Virus record (IMG/VR): IMGVR_UViG_3300013119_001061
Direction: 5' to 3' (one strand)
Source of the DNA: a virus
Length of the DNA stretch: 64,000 nucleotides
This document shows, one piece after another, positions 57,416-64,000 of this stretch. Positions within the stretch are counted from its first letter, which is position 1, and each line of letters opens with the position of its first letter. The position numbers and the translations under genes are program-made. The notes beneath the pieces are model-generated. The model did no database searches. It had not been told where the DNA came from and saw nothing but the letters and a program-made list of their open reading frames with translations.

Positions 57416-60034
57416 GTGGAACTTGATAAATTTACCCATATAGCTGCTGATATCATAATGTCAGCAATCAATACAGCAAAATCTAGTAAGCACGCACCAA
57501 CGCCAGAATATTTACTGGCTGCGATGTTAGTAGCAAATGATAGCCCAGTCCCTTCTATGATGATAAGTCACAAGGTAGACAAAGATAGGGTTTATAAAGA
57601 AACGCAAGATCACCTTTCATCAATGGGCGTAGTAATAGACAGTGATCAAGATAGTAAAAATAATGTAATAAATGTGCATCCAAGATTTGTCGCATTGCTT
57701 GAAAGGGCTAAAAAGTCAGCACTAGATTCAGGGGATTCTTATATTGATACGATGACTGTGTTTAAGCAGTTCTATACAGAGGGAACGGGAAACAAAGCAC
57801 TAGAAATTCTAAATTCAAATGGAATGACAATAGAAAAAGCAGTTGCTGCATATAAAAAAAATAGAGGCAACAAAAAGGTCGATACAAGAAAAGAAAGACA
57901 AAGTTCTCGGGCACTTAAAAAATATTGTTCTGACATGATTAAGTCGGCATCTGAGGGAGAGTTTGCCCCAGTCATTGGTAGAGAGTTTGAGACAAGAAGA
58001 GTTGTCCAAATTCTATGTAGAAAAACCAAAAACAATCCTGTTATTATCGGAGAATCCGGTGTAGGAAAAACAGCAATCGTTGAAGGTCTTGCACAAAGAA
58101 TTCATCGAGGCGAAGTACCAGATTTTTTAAAAGATGCAGAACTATATGAGCTAAAGATCTCGTCACTTATGGGCGGTGCCTCAGTTCGTGGAGCGCTAGA
58201 AGAACGTGTTACAAAACTAATGGATGCAATTGCAGATTCTGAAAAGAACATTATTTTATTTATTGATGAGATTCACACCATCGGCACGTCAGTTGGAGGC
58301 GGAAGCGATACAACACTATCTAATCTTTTCAAGCCGGCTCTTAGTCGAAATAAAATTCGAATCATTGGAGCAACAACACTTGATGAATATAGAAAGTTCA
58401 TTGAGACTGACAAGGCCTTAGAGCGAAGACTTCAATCTATCTTTGTAGAACCACCCTCAGTCAGAGAGTCAGTTGCTATTCTTCGAGGCCTCCGCGATAC
58501 GTATGAGGCATTTCACGGACTCAAAATTAAAGATGCATCACTTGTGACCGCCGCGGAGCTATCTGAGCGCTATATCACATTTAGAAACCTGCCCGACAAA
58601 GCAATCGATCTTATTGATGAAGCACTTGCCAGAGTAAGATCTGAAAATGAAATGACGCCATCTGAGATGTCAGACTTGGCACAAAAGCTTTTGCTTCTTA
58701 AGATTGAAATTAACTCACTTAAAAAAGAAGATGATGAAGATTCTAAGAAAGAGCTCGAGGAGCTTCAAAAAGAAAAAGCAAATACGCAAGAGCGGTATGA
58801 CACCATCGAAAGAAAGTTCAATACCGAAAAGGGTGTTGTAGAGAACTATCGAAAGGCCCGAGCAGCCAAGCTTAAGGTTGAGGCAAAGATGGCAGACGGA
58901 AGAGCTGGGGGTGAACACATGAATGACGTTTACAAACTCCAGACTGTTGACCTGCCCGAAGTTGAAAAGAATCTCGAGCAGGCGCAAAATGCATTCCAGC
59001 AGCTTCGACAAAACGGCGAGCTGCTAATCAAAGATGAGATTACTCCGATAGAGATCGCACAAGTCATATCAGATTGGGTAGGAATTCCTGCAGAGAGTCT
59101 ATCAAAATCAGATCGAGAAAAACTAAATACGCTGCACGAAGATATCTCAAAACTAGTATATGGTCAAGAGGTAGCAACCAACGCAGTATGCAATGCAATA
59201 ATCAGATCTCGTGCCGGGCTATCAGATGAGTCACGCCCAATCGGGTCGTTCTTATTCTTGGGCCCGTCAGGCGTAGGAAAGACGTGGCTAGCTAAGTCGC
59301 TGGCTAAACTAATGTTCGATGATTTTGAGCATGTAATCAGAATTGATATGTCAGAGTTCGGTGACAAACATACAGTATCTCGCCTAGTCGGAGCCCCTCC
59401 AGGATACATTGGCTTTGAGCAAGGTGGGCAACTCACAGAAGCAGTAAGAAGAAGACCGTATTCTATCGTATTGCTTGATGAGATCGAAAAAGCCCACCCA
59501 GAAGTATTTGATATCTTGCTGCAGGTTCTTGACGACGGCCGGCTCACAGATGGCCAAGGTCGAGTGGTTAATTTTAAGAATACCATTATTATCATGACAT
59601 CAAATATCGGATCACACTTGCTTTTAAAATCCTTGCAAGAAACTGGTGAAGTATCAGACGATGTAAGAAATCAGGTTCTAGAACTATTGAAATCTAAATA
59701 TCGCCCGGAGATCTTAAACAGAATTGATGAGATTGTTACGTTTGATCCGCTTGGAAAAGACTTGCTCAAAAAGATCGCAAATACATGTCTTGAAGAAGTT
59801 AAACATCGATTATCTAAAAAGAAGATTGACATAGAATGGTCGGATAGTTTGATATCGTATATTATGGAACAAGAGTATGATCCAGTTCAAGGCGCAAGAG
59901 GAATGAAGTCTTACGTAAAGAAAAATGTAGAAACTCACATCGCATCAGCAATCGTTAAACACCATGATATAACTAAATTCAAGATTGATGTTGTTGAAAA
60001 TCAAGTGAAAATTCAACCCGTAGAGGATATTTAA
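57416..60034 (+). CDS. clpB: ClpB AAA+ disaggregase
   Basis: GESGVGKT, FIDEIH, LPDKAIDL, M-domain coiled coil, GPSGVGKT, GAPPGYIG, LLDEIEKAH. Confidence 0.95.
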   Translation: MELDKFTHIAADIIMSAINTAKSSKHAPTPEYLLAAMLVANDSPVPSMMISHKVDKDRVYKETQDHLSSMGVVIDSDQDSKNNVINVHPRFVALLERAKKSALDSGDSYIDTMTVFKQFYTEGTGNKALEILNSNGMTIEKAVAAYKKNRGNKKVDTRKERQSSRALKKYCSDMIKSASEGEFAPVIGREFETRRVVQILCRKTKNNPVIIGESGVGKTAIVEGLAQRIHRGEVPDFLKDAELYELKISSLMGGASVRGALEERVTKLMDAIADSEKNIILFIDEIHTIGTSVGGGSDTTLSNLFKPALSRNKIRIIGATTLDEYRKFIETDKALERRLQSIFVEPPSVRESVAILRGLRDTYEAFHGLKIKDASLVTAAELSERYITFRNLPDKAIDLIDEALARVRSENEMTPSEMSDLAQKLLLLKIEINSLKKEDDEDSKKELEELQKEKANTQERYDTIERKFNTEKGVVENYRKARAAKLKVEAKMADGRAGGEHMNDVYKLQTVDLPEVEKNLEQAQNAFQQLRQNGELLIKDEITPIEIAQVISDWVGIPAESLSKSDREKLNTLHEDISKLVYGQEVATNAVCNAIIRSRAGLSDESRPIGSFLFLGPSGVGKTWLAKSLAKLMFDDFEHVIRIDMSEFGDKHTVSRLVGAPPGYIGFEQGGQLTEAVRRRPYSIVLLDEIEKAHPEVFDILLQVLDDGRLTDGQGRVVNFKNTIIIMTSNIGSHLLLKSLQETGEVSDDVRNQVLELLKSKYRPEILNRIDEIVTFDPLGKDLLKKIANTCLEEVKHRLSKKKIDIEWSDSLISYIMEQEYDPVQGARGMKSYVKKNVETHIASAIVKHHDITKFKIDVVENQVKIQPVEDI

Positions 60035-60038
60035 TAAT

Positions 60039-60377
60039 ATGGCAAGCTCAAAAAGTATATTAAGTGAACAAAAGTTTGATCGAGAGAGGTCAGATCTAAT
60101 TCGCCCAATTGAGGCGCATTACCTCCTCGCGTATCCAAAAGGTGAGTTGCTTAATAATATTCTCACACGTGTACGAGTCCTCTCTGGCGTTGCGACAGTA
60201 TACCAGCGTGATACAATTAAAAAGAAGACCGGAAGAAACTACGTTCCAATTGAAATTGGATTTGTAATGCCACCAGGCTACGGCGGCCGAGAAAAGTTTG
60301 AATCTGATTTAATAGAGTCTATTCGAAAGATAAAAGGAATCGGCTCTCTTTCGAAGATAAGAAAACAAACAAAATAA
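60039..60377 (+). CDS. Hypothetical protein (putative late gene)
   Basis: ATATTTA at 60027. Confidence 0.55.
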   Translation: MASSKSILSEQKFDRERSDLIRPIEAHYLLAYPKGELLNNILTRVRVLSGVATVYQRDTIKKKTGRNYVPIEIGFVMPPGYGGREKFESDLIESIRKIKGIGSLSKIRKQTK

Positions 60378-60422
60378 GTGTAAACTCTAAAGCCGTGTGA
60401 TAGAATCTTGTCAGGAGATAAG

Positions 60423-61244
60423 ATGCGAATCACTATTTTAGATGGCTATAATTTACTTCACCGAGCTAGATCTGGGTTTATGAAGGGCGAACATGCAGTA
60501 ACGTTCATGTTTTTTAGGTCTTTGCGGCCAATTATTGAAAAGCTTTCTCCTGATAAGGTATACTTTGTTCTCGAGGGAACTCCCAAAAAGAGAATTGAGC
60601 TTGATGAAAATTATAAGGCTAATCGACGTATTGATGAGTCGGACCCTAAATACGAATCACTAATGTCATTCCTCAAACAAAAGGATGAGTGTATTGATCT
60701 TCTTGCAGAAGCATTTCCTTTTACTTTGGCAAGGCACCCCGATTTTGAAGCAGATGATATTATTGCACATTATGCTCGCAAGCATGCGAAAGATGATGTA
60801 ACAATCGTCTCAGGAGATTCAGACTTTATCCAGCTCCTAACCAATGACAACCCGCAGATCAAAATCTACCACCCAATTAAAAAAGAATATATTGAACCGC
60901 CCGATTACAACTACCTTCACTGGAAGGCTATCCGAGGCGACGCAACCGATAACATTCCCGGAATTCCGCGTCACGGTGACAAGACTGCCGAAAAAATTGT
61001 AAGAGATGCATTTCTTCTGGGCAAGAAAATGGCAGACCCGGAATGGAAAGAGATCTTTCTCAGAAATTTGAGACTCATTAGAATCGATCCACTCACACAA
61101 AAAGAGGCGTCAGAAATTCTAACCAAAGAGGCAGGATTTAATTTGGACACTGCAAAGGAACAATTTAAAAACTGGGAATTTAGCTTTGCTACAAAAGAAT
61201 CGACGTGGGAAAAATATGTCAAGACTTTTAGCGTCTTGAAATAA
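60423..61244 (+). CDS. 5'-3' exonuclease/flap endonuclease (T4 RNase H/PolI-N-like)
   Basis: LDGYN, YKANR, EADD, SGDSD, GDATDNIPGI; promoter GTGTAA-N17-TAGAAT at 60378. Confidence 0.92.
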   Translation: MRITILDGYNLLHRARSGFMKGEHAVTFMFFRSLRPIIEKLSPDKVYFVLEGTPKKRIELDENYKANRRIDESDPKYESLMSFLKQKDECIDLLAEAFPFTLARHPDFEADDIIAHYARKHAKDDVTIVSGDSDFIQLLTNDNPQIKIYHPIKKEYIEPPDYNYLHWKAIRGDATDNIPGIPRHGDKTAEKIVRDAFLLGKKMADPEWKEIFLRNLRLIRIDPLTQKEASEILTKEAGFNLDTAKEQFKNWEFSFATKESTWEKYVKTFSVLK

Positions 61245-61296
61245 ACATTTAACAAAGCACAGAGTAAATAATGTCTATACTTAAACTACAAGGAAG

Positions 61297-61560
61297 ATGG
61301 AAGTATTGAAAAAGTTATTTAAAATTGTAACCAAAATAGTAAAAACAGGCAATGATACACAAGAAGTCAAAGTCCATATTTGTAAAATGGGTTGCGGGTA
61401 TAGCGCAATGAAAGTTGATGAAAATTGGAAGAATTGTCCAGGATGCTCGTATAAGGAAAAGATTGATGAGCAAATTCTACGCCAGGGAACACTTCGAACT
61501 AAGTCCGGCGCGCCCAAGAGAAAAGGCGGAAATTTCCGCGAAGTAAACAAAGAAGACTAA
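61297..61560 (+). CDS. Small Zn-ribbon protein
   Basis: CKMGC..CPGC. Confidence 0.5.
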   Translation: MEVLKKLFKIVTKIVKTGNDTQEVKVHICKMGCGYSAMKVDENWKNCPGCSYKEKIDEQILRQGTLRTKSGAPKRKGGNFREVNKED

Positions 61561-61574
61561 GACGGAGTATTACA

Positions 61575-62378
61575 TTGCCCGAAGGACCAGAATGTAGACA
61601 GATGGCATTGCAAATGTCAGAGGATGTAAGCAATAAAAAGATTATTGACATCACAGTCTTAAGTGGAAGATATCTTAAAAATCCCGTCGAAGGAATGGAA
61701 AGCTTTCTTAAAGAGTCACCCATAAAAATCAGAGGCGTCGGAGTTCACGGAAAGTTTATCTTCTTTGTTCTTGACGATCAATGGACAATTTGGAGCACAC
61801 TAGGTATGACCGGAGCTTGGTCAAGAGAAAAAGCTAAGCATGCCCGAATCAAGCTAGTTCTCGACGATGGACCGATCTATTATAATGATACACGAAACTT
61901 TGGCACGATTAAGTTTGTCAAAGGGAAGAAAGAAATTGTTGACAAGCTTGAATCACTCGGCCCGGATATCCTGGCAGAGGAATGTTCCGACGAGTTGTTT
62001 GCCGAGAGAATCCAAAGTAAGCCGAAGAAAACAATTGCGCAAGCACTTATGGACCAGGCAGTAGTGTCAGGAGTTGGCAACTATGTGAAGGCGGAGGCTT
62101 TGTATCTCGCTAAGGTTTCCCCTCATAGAACCTGCGGAAGTTTAACAGAAGCGGATCTGTATAACCTCAACACTGCTGTGCGCTCTGTCCTTATGTCATC
62201 CTTTGAATCTGGCGGAGCTACCATCCAGTCCTACAAAGATTTTCACGGAGACGTAGGAAATGCAACCCAAAATTTTGCAGTCTATGGACAGAAAAAAGAT
62301 CCGCTAGGAAACGATGTCGTTAAGGAAAAAACCAAGGATGGACGAACGACACATTGGGTCCCGGAGGTTCAAGAATAG
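61575..62378 (+). CDS. Fpg/Nei-family DNA glycosylase, zincless-finger type
   Basis: PEGPE N-terminus, HGK, LGMTG, DTRNFG, GVGNY, GRTTHWVPEVQ without Zn cysteines. Confidence 0.92.
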   Translation: MPEGPECRQMALQMSEDVSNKKIIDITVLSGRYLKNPVEGMESFLKESPIKIRGVGVHGKFIFFVLDDQWTIWSTLGMTGAWSREKAKHARIKLVLDDGPIYYNDTRNFGTIKFVKGKKEIVDKLESLGPDILAEECSDELFAERIQSKPKKTIAQALMDQAVVSGVGNYVKAEALYLAKVSPHRTCGSLTEADLYNLNTAVRSVLMSSFESGGATIQSYKDFHGDVGNATQNFAVYGQKKDPLGNDVVKEKTKDGRTTHWVPEVQE

Positions 62379-62415
62379 CGTTTACTTGATTAGCATTTGA
62401 ATGTAAGATTTCAAC

Positions 62416-62667
62416 ATGATTAACGTGACTCACATAGGCAGCGGCTCAATAAGCGAATATCAGATTGTAACAATGGAAAGCTCATCTTTTAAAACAGTTG
62501 CAGACTTTGAAGCACTAGATACAAATATGATGTCGTTCTATAAGGTTTATAGAGATATCCTCTCAGTCACGTATAATGTTCGCCCACACGATCTTATACT
62601 TCTGCCAAAAATGAAATATATTTTAAAAAAATGGAGATCAGCAAATGATGACACTACCGGACAATAG
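62416..62667 (+). CDS. Hypothetical protein
   Basis: Compact ORF. Confidence 0.45.
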   Translation: MINVTHIGSGSISEYQIVTMESSSFKTVADFEALDTNMMSFYKVYRDILSVTYNVRPHDLILLPKMKYILKKWRSANDDTTGQ

Positions 62668-62830
62668 TCAAGATCAGCTAAGGAAGCTCGGCATTTTAAA
62701 CGAGAATGAAGTAGCAATTAAAGAAGGTGATTTATATGTTGCCAAGAACGTATTGACACAAGCCAGGCGAGCAATTGTAGTCCCACAAACAATGCTTGAG
62801 AACACACAACGAAGAATACTAAGAGACTAA
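62645..62830 (+). CDS. Hypothetical protein
   Basis: Coupled ORF upstream of groEL. Confidence 0.5.
   Translation: MMTLPDNSQDQLRKLGILNENEVAIKEGDLYVAKNVLTQARRAIVVPQTMLENTQRRILRD

Positions 62831-64000
<1,170 letters not shown>

Overview
This window is a 64 kb stretch of a large (jumbo/huge) tailed dsDNA phage genome. It is densely coding, all genuine genes are on the + strand, and the standard genetic code is used (TAG ends many genes). It carries replication and nucleotide genes (gp41/DnaB helicase, class II RNR, two-subunit topoisomerase II, DnaE, DinG-like helicase, 5'-3' exonuclease, ThyX, TK, dCMP deaminase, IMPDH). It also carries chaperones and proteases (ClpP, ClpB, GroEL), several peptidoglycan hydrolases, two tail-fibre-like genes, a tubulin/FtsZ-family gene, many acidic putative head proteins and four homing-endonuclease-like genes. 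Highlights: (1) a three-gene cassette resembling type III secretion needle/inner-rod (SctF/SctI-like) subunits behind a sigma-28-like promoter, unexpected in a phage; (2) an in-frame TCG-TAG-TCG inside the first PHP motif of dnaE that looks like a programmed ribosomal stop-hop; (3) two fractured genes (dnaE, IMPDH) with split inteins separated by free-standing endonucleases; (4) a candidate DNA base-modification pathway (kinase fused to a dCMP-type thymidylate-synthase domain, Ser-to-Cys ThyX paralog, Cys-less QueF, sugar enzymes); (5) a shared N-terminal leader plus an ATATTTA late-promoter motif on diverse, possibly virion-packaged enzymes. All family assignments come from motif recognition by eye; no database searches were run.
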